Assembly: GCA_963693015.1 (NCBI GenBank)
Contig: OY843748.1
Location: 3,200,395-3,264,394, forward strand
Direction of reading: 5' to 3'
DNA length: 64,000 nt
From: a bacterium
Lineage (GTDB): Bacteria > JAAXHH01
Numbering within the stretch: the first letter of the stretch is position 1; each line of letters starts with the position of its first letter. The notes beneath the pieces are model-generated. The model made no database searches and was not told where the DNA came from. It was given only the letters and a program-made list of their open reading frames with translations. The position numbers and the translations under genes were made by a program. Positions 14,220 to 24,347 of this stretch are shown here, in pieces.

Positions 14220-14846
14220 TCAGTTCCCAATAAACGTGATCCGGACCAGGTTATCGGGAAACCGGCCGAAATGCTGGGGCATTATCTCGTAAGAACGCCA
14301 CGGACGATCCACGACGCGACGGGGAGTGCCTATCCGGCGGGCAACCGGGCCCGCGATGGGTTCGATCATCGTGATATTGCCGCGAAAATCAGTGACGCGT
14401 ACCTTGATCTCGCCTCTCTTCCTCGGCGTATCGGTGGTCAGAACCAACTGCAGGCGGCGGAACTGATTGAATCGCTGGCCATAGATGGAGCCTTTCAGGT
14501 TAACCTTGATCCCTTCGGGGGTCTCTTTCTGGATGATCTCGATTTCCTCGGGCAGCGCGAGCACCTTGCATCCCTCGAGGTGCGGCGAGATGAATTCCAC
14601 ACTCGTCAGGTATTCGGCGTTTTTGGTTTCGACCGTGTAACGCCAGTTTTTGGGCCCGGCCGGCATGACCGATACCGCTACCAGGTCTTTGGACTCCACA
14701 AGCGCAGGCCTGCGGGCGGCGCAGCCGACGACTGAGACCAGGACGAAGGAAATCATCACGGCAGGGATTGCGATGAGGGACAGGCTGGGCCGCTTCACGA
14801 TACACCTCCTGGCGTGCGCTACGTGCTTCCGGGGATAATCCGGCAT
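14220..14846 (-). CDS. Hypothetical lipoprotein
   Basis: An internal start gives MISFVLVSVVGCAARRP, a lipobox-like signal. No recognisable family. Confidence 0.5.
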   Translation of the reverse strand: MPDYPRKHVAHARRCIVKRPSLSLIAIPAVMISFVLVSVVGCAARRPALVESKDLVAVSVMPAGPKNWRYTVETKNAEYLTSVEFISPHLEGCKVLALPEEIEIIQKETPEGIKVNLKGSIYGQRFNQFRRLQLVLTTDTPRKRGEIKVRVTDFRGNITMIEPIAGPVARRIGTPRRVVDRPWRSYEIMPQHFGRFPDNLVRITFIGN

Positions 14847-15026
14847 CTCTACAGATATACGCCGTATTACAGGATGTGTTCCCTTTCGCCGTCGGACGAC
14901 GACGGCGGTTCGCCACCGGATTACCTCTGGATGACACCCAGGTGAGGTTGCCGGATCAGGCCGCCGAGCCGTGGCGCCGGTTTGGGTCCGGATCAGGCCG
15001 CGGGCTTCAAATCCTCTGGAGCCGGA

Positions 15027-15965
15027 TCAGGCCGCGGGCTTGTCCCTCCTTATCCCGATCTTCCTCCCCGGCCTGAAGTAGGCCTGCAGGGCCTCGAGAA
15101 AACTCCGGGCCGCCCTGGAAAGATACCGCCCCTTCAAATAGATCGCCCCCATTTTCTGTCTGGGCCGGTTCCGGAAATCGCCGATCGTGACCTGGGCGAG
15201 CGTGCCGTTTTCCAGTTCTTCCTGGATAGCGACGGACGGGACGATCGACAGGCCGGCGTCGATACGTACGAAGTGCTTGATGACCTCGATCGAACTCAGT
15301 TCCATGGCCACGTTGAGCGCCACCCGGGACTTTTCGCACAGGTCGTCGATCAATCGGCGCGAGGCGCAATGCCGGTCGAGCAGGATGAGCGGATACTGCT
15401 CCATGTCCTTGAGATGCACCGTCCTTCGTCCCGCGAGGGGGTGGCCCGGCGGCGTGATCAGCACGTCGTGGCGCGAGAAGAGCGGGATCGTCTCGATCTC
15501 CCGGGGCAGGTAGGCCAGCGTAACCACGCCGAGATCGACTTCGCCGTCGACCACCGCCTGGATGGTCCGCAGCGACGTGGCGTTCTTTACGACGATGTCG
15601 ATACCGGGGTAGCGGTCCTGGAAGGATTTGAGTATGGCCGGCAGGCGGTAGCAACCGGTGGTATCGGACGTGCAGAGCACGAGGCGGCCGGCTTCGAGGC
15701 GGTCCAGGTCTTCCAGTTCCTGGACAGCTTCCTTCATCAGCCCTTCCATCTCGCCCACGTACCTGAGCAGCACCTTGCCCGCCTCGGTGAGGGCGAGATG
15801 GCGGGTCGTCCGGTGGAACAGCGGCTGGCCGATTTCGGCCTCGAGCTTGGCCACCTGGATGCTCACCGCAGACTGGGACCGGAAGAGGGCTTTCGCCGCC
15901 AGGGAAAAGCTCCCGTGGCGAGCCACGGCGTGAAAGACGACGGCCTGGTCGTAGGACAGGTTCAT
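15027..15965 (-). CDS. LysR-family transcriptional regulator
   Basis: N-terminal wHTH (FHAVARHGSFSLAAKALFRSQSAVSIQVAKLE) and a C-terminal substrate-binding domain. Confidence 0.9.
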   Translation of the reverse strand: MNLSYDQAVVFHAVARHGSFSLAAKALFRSQSAVSIQVAKLEAEIGQPLFHRTTRHLALTEAGKVLLRYVGEMEGLMKEAVQELEDLDRLEAGRLVLCTSDTTGCYRLPAILKSFQDRYPGIDIVVKNATSLRTIQAVVDGEVDLGVVTLAYLPREIETIPLFSRHDVLITPPGHPLAGRRTVHLKDMEQYPLILLDRHCASRRLIDDLCEKSRVALNVAMELSSIEVIKHFVRIDAGLSIVPSVAIQEELENGTLAQVTIGDFRNRPRQKMGAIYLKGRYLSRAARSFLEALQAYFRPGRKIGIRRDKPAA

Positions 15966-15998
15966 TTATTGATCTTCTTAATGGCGCATATTGAAATT

Positions 15999-16013
15999 AT
16001 TAATTTGACTAAT
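15999..16013. promoter_or_regulatory. Putative LysR box (ATTAATTTGACTAAT, T-N11-A dyad) in the divergent intergenic region
   Basis: Perfect ATTA-N7-TAAT dyad in the AT-rich gap between the LysR gene and the IMPDH-family gene. Confidence 0.4.
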
Positions 16014-16207
16014 ATATCAATCGGCATATTATGTCAAGGCAAAATCGGCGATTTCGTATATATTGACAGACGCGCAGGTTGGCGCGCCGATGGACGCGCG
16101 TTAACCCGCCGATGAACGCGGACAAGGATCAGCGCAACCCTGGAAAACCGCACCGGGAATCCGAAAGAGGAAATGGGTCCTCAGCCGGTTACCCACGGAG
16201 GACATAC

Positions 16208-17695
16208 ATGGCGCAAATAGCCTCGACCGTATCGCACAGTCTCAAGGAATACCGCCTTCTGCCCCGGCTTACGCAGGCCGACGCGAACGCCCAGCTCGTG
16301 TCGTTGGAGACGCGTCTCTGCCGGCAGGGCGACGGCTACCTGACGCTGCGCACGCCCTTTCTCAGCGCGGCCATGCAGGCGGTCACGAGCGTGGAACTGG
16401 CCATCGCCATGGCCCAGCTGGGGGGCATGGGCGTGTTCGCCGTGAGCCAGACCGTCGAGGAGCAGTGCGCCAGGATCGACGCGGTGAAGCGGTTCAAGGC
16501 GGGGTTCCAGACGGATATCGTCACCCTGTCGCCGGAACAGTCCATCGGCGAGGTGATCGGCATCATGAACGATACCGGCTACCACACCTTCCCCGTGACG
16601 GATACCGGCGTCTTCCACGGCAAGCTGGTGGGCGTGATCACGGACAAGGACTTCGACGAGCGGTACGACCATGCGCAACGGGTCGCCGACCGCATGAAGA
16701 CGGACGTGCAGACCGGCGCCGAGGAGGACGACCTGAAGACGGCCAACACGCGGATGATCGAATACGGCCGCGGGTTCCTGCCCATGGTTTCTTCCGAAGG
16801 GACCCTGGTCTCGGTGGTGTTCAAGCGGGATCTCGACAAGCACATCCGTCATCCCCATTCCACGGAGGACGCGCAGAAGCGCCTGGTGGTCGGCGCCGCC
16901 GTATCGACGCACCCCGAGGACCGCGAGCGCGTGGAAGCACTGATCGAGCACCAGGCCGACGTGATCGTCATCGACGCCTCCGACGGCCACACGGAATACC
17001 AGGGCGAAACGCTGAAATGGATCAAGGCCCACTACGACATCCCGGTGATCGCCGGCAACGTGGTGACGCGGGAGGGATTTGACTACCTGGCCGGCTGCGG
17101 TGCGGACGCCGTCAAGATCGGCATGGGCATCGCATCCGGCTGCACGACGCAGATGGTGAAGGCCACCGGCCGCGGGCAGGCCACCGCCATCCAGGAAGTC
17201 GCCGCGGCCCGGGACGAGTGGGCGCGGACCACGGGCGACTACCTTCCTCTCGTGGGCGACGGCAGCATACAGGGACCGGCGGACATGCTCATCGCCCTGT
17301 CGCTCGGGGCCGACACGCTCATGATGGGCAACCTCCTGGCGCGCTTCACCGAAAGCCACGGCGAACTGGTCCGCAACGCCAGCGGCGACCTGGTCAAGGA
17401 ATACTGGATGGAAGGCAGCCGGAAGGCCTTCAACAACCGGCGCTACGCCCAGCTCGCCAGCACCTTCTTCGAGGAAGGCATCGTCGGCCAGGTGCCCCAC
17501 GCGGGGTCGGTCTACGACAAGCTGCCCATCGTCATCCAGATGCTCAAGTCGGGCATGGCCACGGCGGGCTGCGGAAACATCGCGGCGCTGCACCGGGACG
17601 CCGTCCTTGAGCTGCAGTCCGGCGTATCCCTGGAAGACAGCGGCGTGCACGACATGTCCGCCATCCAGTCCATACAGGAATTCGGGATCACGTAA
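16208..17695 (+). CDS. IMP dehydrogenase / GMP reductase family protein with CBS pair (divergent paralogue)
   Basis: CBS region followed by a TIM-barrel with the GMGIASGCTTQ catalytic-loop-like motif. Start MAQIASTV at 16208; the track ORF is open from 16079. Confidence 0.8.
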   Translation: MAQIASTVSHSLKEYRLLPRLTQADANAQLVSLETRLCRQGDGYLTLRTPFLSAAMQAVTSVELAIAMAQLGGMGVFAVSQTVEEQCARIDAVKRFKAGFQTDIVTLSPEQSIGEVIGIMNDTGYHTFPVTDTGVFHGKLVGVITDKDFDERYDHAQRVADRMKTDVQTGAEEDDLKTANTRMIEYGRGFLPMVSSEGTLVSVVFKRDLDKHIRHPHSTEDAQKRLVVGAAVSTHPEDRERVEALIEHQADVIVIDASDGHTEYQGETLKWIKAHYDIPVIAGNVVTREGFDYLAGCGADAVKIGMGIASGCTTQMVKATGRGQATAIQEVAAARDEWARTTGDYLPLVGDGSIQGPADMLIALSLGADTLMMGNLLARFTESHGELVRNASGDLVKEYWMEGSRKAFNNRRYAQLASTFFEEGIVGQVPHAGSVYDKLPIVIQMLKSGMATAGCGNIAALHRDAVLELQSGVSLEDSGVHDMSAIQSIQEFGIT

Positions 17696-17745
17696 TCCGG
17701 GAAATCCTTGGTTCGGGGGTTCATGACAACCTGGTTCGGAGGGTC

Positions 17746-18417
17746 ATGAAGACCGTCTTCTTCGATCTGTTCGAAACGCTGATCACCGAAAAAACAAAGA
17801 GCGCTTACCGGCTACGCATACCGTATTACGAGAAGTTGCGCACCACGCGGGAACAGTATGCGCAATGGTGGCTGGATTTCGGCGATCGCGTGATGACGGG
17901 CAGGTTCACAGGAGCCCTTGACAGATTCTCGCACGTTCGCAATGAGGTCGGTTCGCCGGTCTCGGACCAGGAAATAGCCGAGATAGCCCGGGAATGCGAA
18001 CAGTGGAAAATACGCGTGCTCTCTGAGGTTGATCCCGGTGTATTTGAGATGCTGGATGAAGTCAGGTCGCTCGGACTGAACATCGGCATCATCAGCAACG
18101 CCAGCCGCGAGGAAGTCCAGGCCTGGGAATCCTGCCCGCTTCAGGACCACGTGGGCGACGTGGTGTTCTCCTGCAAAGTCGGCACGATGAAACCGGACAG
18201 GGAGATTTACGAGATTGCCTGCGCTCGTATGAATATCCGGCCGTCCGATGCGTACTTTGTCGGGGACGGAAAGTTCGACGAACTGCGCGGGGCGGCGTCC
18301 GCCGGCATGAAGGCGATCCAGGCGGCCTGGTACCAGCAGCAGGAAGTGGCATGGCCCTGGGACCATCCCCCGCCCCGGGCAGAAGCGATGGAAGACCTTC
18401 CGTCCATGTTGAATTAG
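17746..18417 (+). CDS. HAD-family hydrolase
   Basis: N-terminal FFDLFETLI (HAD motif I, DxD-like) and a C-terminal GDGKFDE motif. Confidence 0.8.
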   Translation: MKTVFFDLFETLITEKTKSAYRLRIPYYEKLRTTREQYAQWWLDFGDRVMTGRFTGALDRFSHVRNEVGSPVSDQEIAEIARECEQWKIRVLSEVDPGVFEMLDEVRSLGLNIGIISNASREEVQAWESCPLQDHVGDVVFSCKVGTMKPDREIYEIACARMNIRPSDAYFVGDGKFDELRGAASAGMKAIQAAWYQQQEVAWPWDHPPPRAEAMEDLPSMLN

Positions 18418-18420
18418 CCC

Positions 18421-18867
18421 ATGACCATTCCCCAGCTGAAGCGCAAACTGCGTCAACTCAAGCAGACCGAGTGCCGCATCCGGTTCAGGACCCGCCCGCA
18501 GGAAGCGCACCAGACGCTGGTCTGGGACACCTTCTTCTGCACCCGGTCAGCGGACAGTGACCGCGTGGCCTACCCCTTGAACCGACTGGTGAAAATGGAC
18601 CACGAGGAGATCAAGAAGGTCTACGAGGCCTTCTTCTACCGCGTCTACTTCCAGTACTTCAAGGAACACGGCCTCTCCATGGCCGACGCGTATGACCCAG
18701 GACTGCTGTCCCTCCTGGGCCTGCCGCCCTACGCGACGCTCCAGGACATCAAGCAGCGGTACCGCGAACTCGCCCAGGTCCACCACCCGGACCACGGCGG
18801 CGACCACGACGCCTTCATCGAGGTCGTGGACGCCTACGAGCGGCTGACGGACAAGGGCCGCCCTTGA
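18421..18867 (+). CDS. J-domain (DnaJ-like) protein
   Basis: C-terminal LGLPPYATLQDIKQRYRELAQVHHPDHGGDHDAFIEVVDAYERL contains the HPD motif. Confidence 0.75.
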   Translation: MTIPQLKRKLRQLKQTECRIRFRTRPQEAHQTLVWDTFFCTRSADSDRVAYPLNRLVKMDHEEIKKVYEAFFYRVYFQYFKEHGLSMADAYDPGLLSLLGLPPYATLQDIKQRYRELAQVHHPDHGGDHDAFIEVVDAYERLTDKGRP

Positions 18868-18954
18868 TCTTCCCGTCGAAACCATTAATTTCCAGTTCGA
18901 GTAGCGGCAGATCCCCGTTGAAACCGATTTCGTGAATCCCGCAGGAGCCCTCCC

Positions 18955-20838
18955 ATGAAACCCGTGCCATGCCCCGTCTTCTTCGTCGGTCTGCTGGTCC
19001 TCTTCCTCCTGCCCGGCCCCGTCTTCGGCCAGGCCAACGTCGACGCGCGGTACATCGTCGAAAACTATGAGAAGATGGAGCGCTACGTGCCCATGCGCGA
19101 CGGAGCCAGGCTGTTCACGTCGATCTACGTGCCGAAGGACGATTCGCGGACCTATCCGATCCTGCTGCAGCGCACGCCCTACAGCGTGGCGCCCTACGGG
19201 GCGGCGTACAAGTCGCGCATCGGGCCGTCCATGCTTTTCGCCCGCGAGGGGTACATCATCGTGTACCAGGACGTGCGCGGCCGCATGATGTCGGAAGGGG
19301 AGTTCGAGGCGGTGCGTCCCCACGATCCGGACAAGGCGTCGGACGCCGACGTCGACGAGAGCACCGATACCTACGATACGGTCGCCTGGCTGCTGGAAAA
19401 CGTGCCGGGCCACAACGGCCGCGTGGGCGTATGGGGCATTTCGGCGCCGGGTTTCTACGCCACCCATGCACTCATCGACGCCCATCCCGCCGTGAAGATC
19501 GTGTCGCCCCAGGCGCCGGTGACCGACTGGTGGATCGGCGACGACCGCCACCACAACGGCGCGTTCCAGCTGCAGGCCAGCTTCAGCTTTCTGTCCTTCT
19601 ACGGCGCGCCGCGTCCCGAGCCCACGACCCGGCGGGCCACGGGCTTCCGCGACTACGGCACGCCGGACGGCTACCGGTGGTACCTCGATCTCGGCCCCCT
19701 GTCGAACGTCAACGAGAAATACCTCCACGGGGAGAACAAGATCTGGAACGCCATGATGGAGCATCCCGATTACGACGAGTTCTGGCAGGCCCGCACGCCG
19801 CTGCCCCACCTGAGGGGGGTCAGGCCGGCGGTGCTCGTGGTCGGCGGATTCTTCGACGCCCAGGACCTGTACGGTCCGCTGAAGACCTACGCCGCCGTGG
19901 AGGACAACAACCCGGGCATCGTGAATCACCTGGTCATGGGGCCGTGGTGGCACGGCGGTTGGGCGCGGGGCAGCGGCCTGCGGTACCAGGACATCTATTT
20001 CGACCAGCCCACGGCGGAGCATTACCGGGAAGCCATCGAGCTGCCCTTCTTCAACCACTACCTGAAGGACGGTCCCGATCCGGAACTGCCTGAAGCCAGC
20101 ATCTTCGTCACGGGGTCGAACCGGTGGCACGCCTTCGACCGCTGGCCGCCCCGGGAGGCGCGCGACGCGTACCTCTACCTGGCGCCCGACGGGGGTCTTT
20201 CCTTCGACCGGCCGGCGGGGGTGGACGATTTCGCCGAATACGTCAGCGATCCCGCCAAGCCGGTGCCCCACACGTCCCAGGTCGTCATCAACCGGGACGA
20301 CCGGTACCTCATCCAGGACCAGCGGTTCGCGGCTTCCCGCACGGATGTGCTGGTGTTCGAGTCGGATGTGCTCGAGGAAGACGTCACCGTAGCGGGCGAC
20401 CTGTTCGCCAACCTGTACGTATCCACGACGGGGGAGGACGCGGACTTCATCGTCAAGCTGATCGACGTGTATCCCGATACGGCGAGCTACGCGGGCGAGA
20501 ACCCCATGAACGTGAAGATGGGCGGGTTCCAGCTCATGGTGCGGGGCGAGGTCATGCGGGCGCGGTACCGGAACAGTTTCACCTATCCCGAGCCCCTGAA
20601 GCCCGGCAGCATCGCGAATATCGTCTTCGACATGCAGGACGTGGCCCACACGTTCAAGGCCGGGCACCGCATGATGGTCCAGGTGCAGAGCACGTGGTTC
20701 CCCATGGTCGACCGCAATCCCCAGACCTGGGTCCCGAGTATCTATGACGCGAAGGAAGAGGACTACCAGGCGGCGACGCACCGGGTGTACTTCTCCCGGA
20801 ACGCGCCTTCCCATCTGAGGATGAAGGTGCTGGAGTGA
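18955..20838 (+). CDS. CocE/NonD family hydrolase (S15 X-Pro dipeptidyl-peptidase-like), secreted
   Basis: Signal peptide, then GISAPG (a GxSxG nucleophile elbow) and an S15-family C-terminal beta-sandwich region. Confidence 0.85.
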   Translation: MKPVPCPVFFVGLLVLFLLPGPVFGQANVDARYIVENYEKMERYVPMRDGARLFTSIYVPKDDSRTYPILLQRTPYSVAPYGAAYKSRIGPSMLFAREGYIIVYQDVRGRMMSEGEFEAVRPHDPDKASDADVDESTDTYDTVAWLLENVPGHNGRVGVWGISAPGFYATHALIDAHPAVKIVSPQAPVTDWWIGDDRHHNGAFQLQASFSFLSFYGAPRPEPTTRRATGFRDYGTPDGYRWYLDLGPLSNVNEKYLHGENKIWNAMMEHPDYDEFWQARTPLPHLRGVRPAVLVVGGFFDAQDLYGPLKTYAAVEDNNPGIVNHLVMGPWWHGGWARGSGLRYQDIYFDQPTAEHYREAIELPFFNHYLKDGPDPELPEASIFVTGSNRWHAFDRWPPREARDAYLYLAPDGGLSFDRPAGVDDFAEYVSDPAKPVPHTSQVVINRDDRYLIQDQRFAASRTDVLVFESDVLEEDVTVAGDLFANLYVSTTGEDADFIVKLIDVYPDTASYAGENPMNVKMGGFQLMVRGEVMRARYRNSFTYPEPLKPGSIANIVFDMQDVAHTFKAGHRMMVQVQSTWFPMVDRNPQTWVPSIYDAKEEDYQAATHRVYFSRNAPSHLRMKVLE

Positions 20839-20952
20839 CAGGCGCGGCGAATCGGACGAAGCGGGCCGCGTAGCGCGGCCCGTCAGACGAGGCCAAGGAA
20901 GCCAAGCAGGAACCGAGTCTGGTCGCGCGTCGTGGGACGCGCACCGCGGCCG

Positions 20953-22083
20953 TCAGACGAAGTTGAACCCGTACCACGGAAGTTGGAGCGGAAAGACGCT
21001 TTCCAGCGCGGTACGGAGCGGCCCGGGCGGCATCGTTTCGACGGGATCCTCGTCGGGCGGCGCCACGCCGAAGACCAGTTGGGCCAGGTCCGCGGCGGCG
21101 ACGGAATGGGACTGGTCCCCGGACCTGAATACCACCTCCGGCTCCGTCACGTCCCAGGTCAGCCCGTCCGTCCCGAGCACATCTCGCACGTACCCCTCGA
21201 AGGTCCGCAGCAGGCGCGCCGGATCCAGCACCAGGACGGTGCCGGTGAATCCCTGGGGTGACGCGGTTATTCCGCGGGATCGAAGGAGGGAAGCCAGTTC
21301 GAGGTCGGCGGCCGTCGTCACGATTTCGAGGGAACCGGCGCCGTATCGATCGAGGAGGACGGGAAGCGCACGGACGAGTGCGGCCCTGGACCCCGCGATC
21401 TCGGCGATCCTCGCGCGTCCGCCTTCTTCGTCGCGGTCGACCCGGGGCTTCTGGATGGCGGCGTAGGCCACCGGACGCCCATCCTCGCGGATCACCATGG
21501 TCTCCCCGTCCCGGTCGCAGATCCACGCCGCCTCCACGGCCCTTCGAAGATCGGCCGTGGACCGGACGTACCGGCTGGATTCCTTCGCGTAAAGCTGCGT
21601 CATGGCGGGCAGATCCGACGCCTTCGCCAACCTGGCGTCCGACCGTGCCGCGGGCAGAACGCCCCGCCGTATGGCGTACGCTGCGTAGCGGCCGGCCCGC
21701 TTCGCACCGAGGCGGCGGTACAGTCCGCGTCCCCCCGAAATGGGCATGAGGGACGCGCCCTGGCCGCGGGCCTTCCGTATCGCCGCTTCCATCAGCTTTG
21801 TCGCCAGCCCCTGTCCCCGGTGCGACTCGTAAGTCGCCACGGCCCCGATGCTCATGGTGGTGAACCGATGGCCAAGCACGGACACGTCCCGCGTCAGGGC
21901 GCCTACGTGGGAGACCACCCGGTCCCCGTCTGCCATGACGAAAAGATGGTCGAAGTTCTCAGGCGCGAACAAGAGGGGATACTGCTCCTCCATGCGTCCC
22001 TTGCCGTCGCTCCTGAATACGGTGTTTACCAGGGCGCAGAGCGAATCGAACTCCAGCGCCTTCAATGCTCTCGGCCCGTCCAC
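20953..22083 (-). CDS. GNAT-family N-acetyltransferase (Eis-like, with C-terminal extension)
   Basis: HRGQGLATKLMEAAI acetyl-CoA-binding motif. 376 aa. Confidence 0.75.
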   Translation of the reverse strand: MDGPRALKALEFDSLCALVNTVFRSDGKGRMEEQYPLLFAPENFDHLFVMADGDRVVSHVGALTRDVSVLGHRFTTMSIGAVATYESHRGQGLATKLMEAAIRKARGQGASLMPISGGRGLYRRLGAKRAGRYAAYAIRRGVLPAARSDARLAKASDLPAMTQLYAKESSRYVRSTADLRRAVEAAWICDRDGETMVIREDGRPVAYAAIQKPRVDRDEEGGRARIAEIAGSRAALVRALPVLLDRYGAGSLEIVTTAADLELASLLRSRGITASPQGFTGTVLVLDPARLLRTFEGYVRDVLGTDGLTWDVTEPEVVFRSGDQSHSVAAADLAQLVFGVAPPDEDPVETMPPGPLRTALESVFPLQLPWYGFNFV

Positions 22084-22159
22084 TGTCTATGCTCCTCCCT
22101 TCGATATTACCTGCGCTCGCACGACCCACGCATCGACGATATGAACGGTCTTGTCGGGC

Positions 22160-23263
22160 TCATCGGGCCCCGATCCACGCGGAACCGTAGTCGTTGTCAA
22201 GCTCACGATACATGCTGTGGGCGTGATCGACGGTGCCTTCGCCGTCTTGAATCGCGTATTCGAGCACCAGGGACGGACCGGTCACGCGGTAATACGCAGC
22301 GCCCAGGACACCCTGCCGTCCCCACCAGCCAAAGTATGTGTCCTCGATCCCGGCCACCACGGTCTTCATTTTTTCGGCATAGTCGTCATCGTTCATGAAA
22401 CCCAGACGGGCCTCGATAACGTCCAGGAGCAGCGTCCTCTGCCTGGCTGTAAGTTCGCTGCCCTTGATGCCTTCCGGCGCAACTGTCGCGCCATACTTCC
22501 CTGGCCCCAGCATGAGGTCGATGGGCCGCTCGGCACGAACGGCTTTTTCTCTCTGCTCGTCCGTAAGCCCATCCATGAACGCTTGCGCCGCTGAAGTTTC
22601 CCTCTGCGGTATGAAGACGTCGTCGCCGTCGAGACGCAAATGCAGCGGTTGGCCGCCGGTCAGCATCGGCGAAAAGGAAACGTGCGGTCCGAATACCGTG
22701 GCGTTTATGGCGAGATGGTGCCCGCCGAACTGAAACATCCAGGGCTCCGTAGTGGACGGTTCACCGAGAAATGCGGCATAAAAGTGCGCACTGCCATATT
22801 TCATAACGCTGCCCACGTCTCCCGAGATCAGCATGTCTTCTGCGGCTAACTGATAATTGACGTTTTTAACACCTTCTTCACTCAGAAGCTCCCCAAGGAG
22901 TCTGTCGAGACGCGCCCGCTGTGATCCGGAGAGCGTACCGAGCTTTACGCCGCCACGCGGAACCATGCCTTCCGGAAAGTTGGACCAGTTCGAACGCTGT
23001 GCGTTATCGGTAAACCGGTATGTCGCCGCCTGTCTCTGGTTGTCGTCCAGCGCGTCCAGAAAGCGCCTGGCGGCCGCCACTATGGCCGCGGTCTTCTCGT
23101 CTGCCGCAGGCACGTCGTGAGCGGGCCTGATATTCATCTCAACTGGTGAGGGCGCCGCGCCAAAAAAGATCCGGGTCGCGACATCGGGGCGAAACAACAG
23201 GAAGACGAAAATCGCGGCAACGACAATCACCGCACCCAGAAGGTAGATCAATACGCGTTTCAC
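22160..23263 (-). CDS. Membrane-anchored hypothetical protein (possibly DUF3500 family)
   Basis: N-terminal TM helix MKRVLIYLLGAVIVVAAIFVFLLF. The DUF3500 assignment is from memory only. Confidence 0.5.
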   Translation of the reverse strand: MKRVLIYLLGAVIVVAAIFVFLLFRPDVATRIFFGAAPSPVEMNIRPAHDVPAADEKTAAIVAAARRFLDALDDNQRQAATYRFTDNAQRSNWSNFPEGMVPRGGVKLGTLSGSQRARLDRLLGELLSEEGVKNVNYQLAAEDMLISGDVGSVMKYGSAHFYAAFLGEPSTTEPWMFQFGGHHLAINATVFGPHVSFSPMLTGGQPLHLRLDGDDVFIPQRETSAAQAFMDGLTDEQREKAVRAERPIDLMLGPGKYGATVAPEGIKGSELTARQRTLLLDVIEARLGFMNDDDYAEKMKTVVAGIEDTYFGWWGRQGVLGAAYYRVTGPSLVLEYAIQDGEGTVDHAHSMYRELDNDYGSAWIGAR

Positions 23264-23455
23264 GGACCCCGTCCTATGGTAATCATCCGTTGCCGTTACA
23301 CGCTACGCGCCGGGCTGGTCCATCGACCGACAGGCGCCTTTGACAAACGGCCTCCGGACTATATATTTCCGATTGAAAGGGGTGTCAAGAACGACGGCGG
23401 ACCCACGACGGCCGCCATCCGGCGCTTATGAACTACCCGACCCGCGATCCGGTCC

Positions 23456-24142
23456 ATGTACATCTCCGAGATCTTCCATTCCATACAGGGCGAAGGCCTG
23501 CTGAGCGGTGTCCCCTCGGTCTTCATCCGCACCTCCGGCTGCAACCTGCGGTGCCGCTGGTGCGATACGCCCTACACGTCCTGGTCGCCCGAGGGCGATG
23601 AGCGGTCCGTGGACGAGATCATGACGGGTATCGCCGGCTTTCCGTCCCGTCACGCCGTGATCACCGGCGGCGAACCGCTCCTCATGAAGGACCTGCCCGA
23701 ACTGACGGAAAAACTCGGCGCCGCGGGTTACCACGTGACCATCGAGACCGCGGGTACGGTGTACGCCGACCTGCGCTGCGACCTGGCCTCCATCAGCCCC
23801 AAGCTGTCCAACTCCACGCCCTGGACCGAAGAAGACGGGAAGTACGCCCGGAACCACGAACGGCTCAGGATCAACCTCCCCGTGCTCAGTAGATTCATGG
23901 CGGAATACCCCTACCAGCTCAAGTTCGTGGTCGACCGGCAGGAGGATCTGGACGAAGTCGAATCGCTCATCGCGGACCTGGGAGACGTCGACCGCACCCG
24001 GGTGCTGCTGATGCCCCAGGGACGGACCGCCGGGGAGCTGAACAACCGGGGCGCGTGGGTCGCCGAGGCCTGCAAATCCCGGGGCTTCCGATACTGCCCC
24101 CGGGTGCACATCGATCTCTACGGGGACGCGCGCGGCACCTGA
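23456..24142 (+). CDS. queE: 7-carboxy-7-deazaguanine synthase (radical SAM)
   Basis: FHSIQGEG...GCNLRCRWCDTPYT matches the QueE CxxxCxxC variant and length. Confidence 0.88.
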   Translation: MYISEIFHSIQGEGLLSGVPSVFIRTSGCNLRCRWCDTPYTSWSPEGDERSVDEIMTGIAGFPSRHAVITGGEPLLMKDLPELTEKLGAAGYHVTIETAGTVYADLRCDLASISPKLSNSTPWTEEDGKYARNHERLRINLPVLSRFMAEYPYQLKFVVDRQEDLDEVESLIADLGDVDRTRVLLMPQGRTAGELNNRGAWVAEACKSRGFRYCPRVHIDLYGDARGT

Positions 24143-24347
24143 CGGAAGCCTATTTCTCACTTGTCTAAAGGCCCCTTCCGGCATATCTTGTGCCTTTGCT
24201 TCGATTCCGGATGGTCCGGCCGGAACGGCATCGTTACAAGAAGGAATCCGGACGATCCGATCCGTGTTACGAGACCGGAACAACGGGTCGAATTGATACC
24301 CTCGCGGCGAATCGGCCGTTGCAGGACGGGTTTTTACAGGAGCACAA

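Noticed and set aside
18547-20814. 755-aa minus-strand ORF opposite the S15 peptidase gene
   Set aside because: Antisense to a well-supported secreted hydrolase gene. Low-complexity composition and no recognisable motifs.
23263-23456. Possible preQ1 riboswitch upstream of queE
   Set aside because: No match to the short preQ1-I/II consensus could be seen in the divergent intergenic region. Left uncalled.
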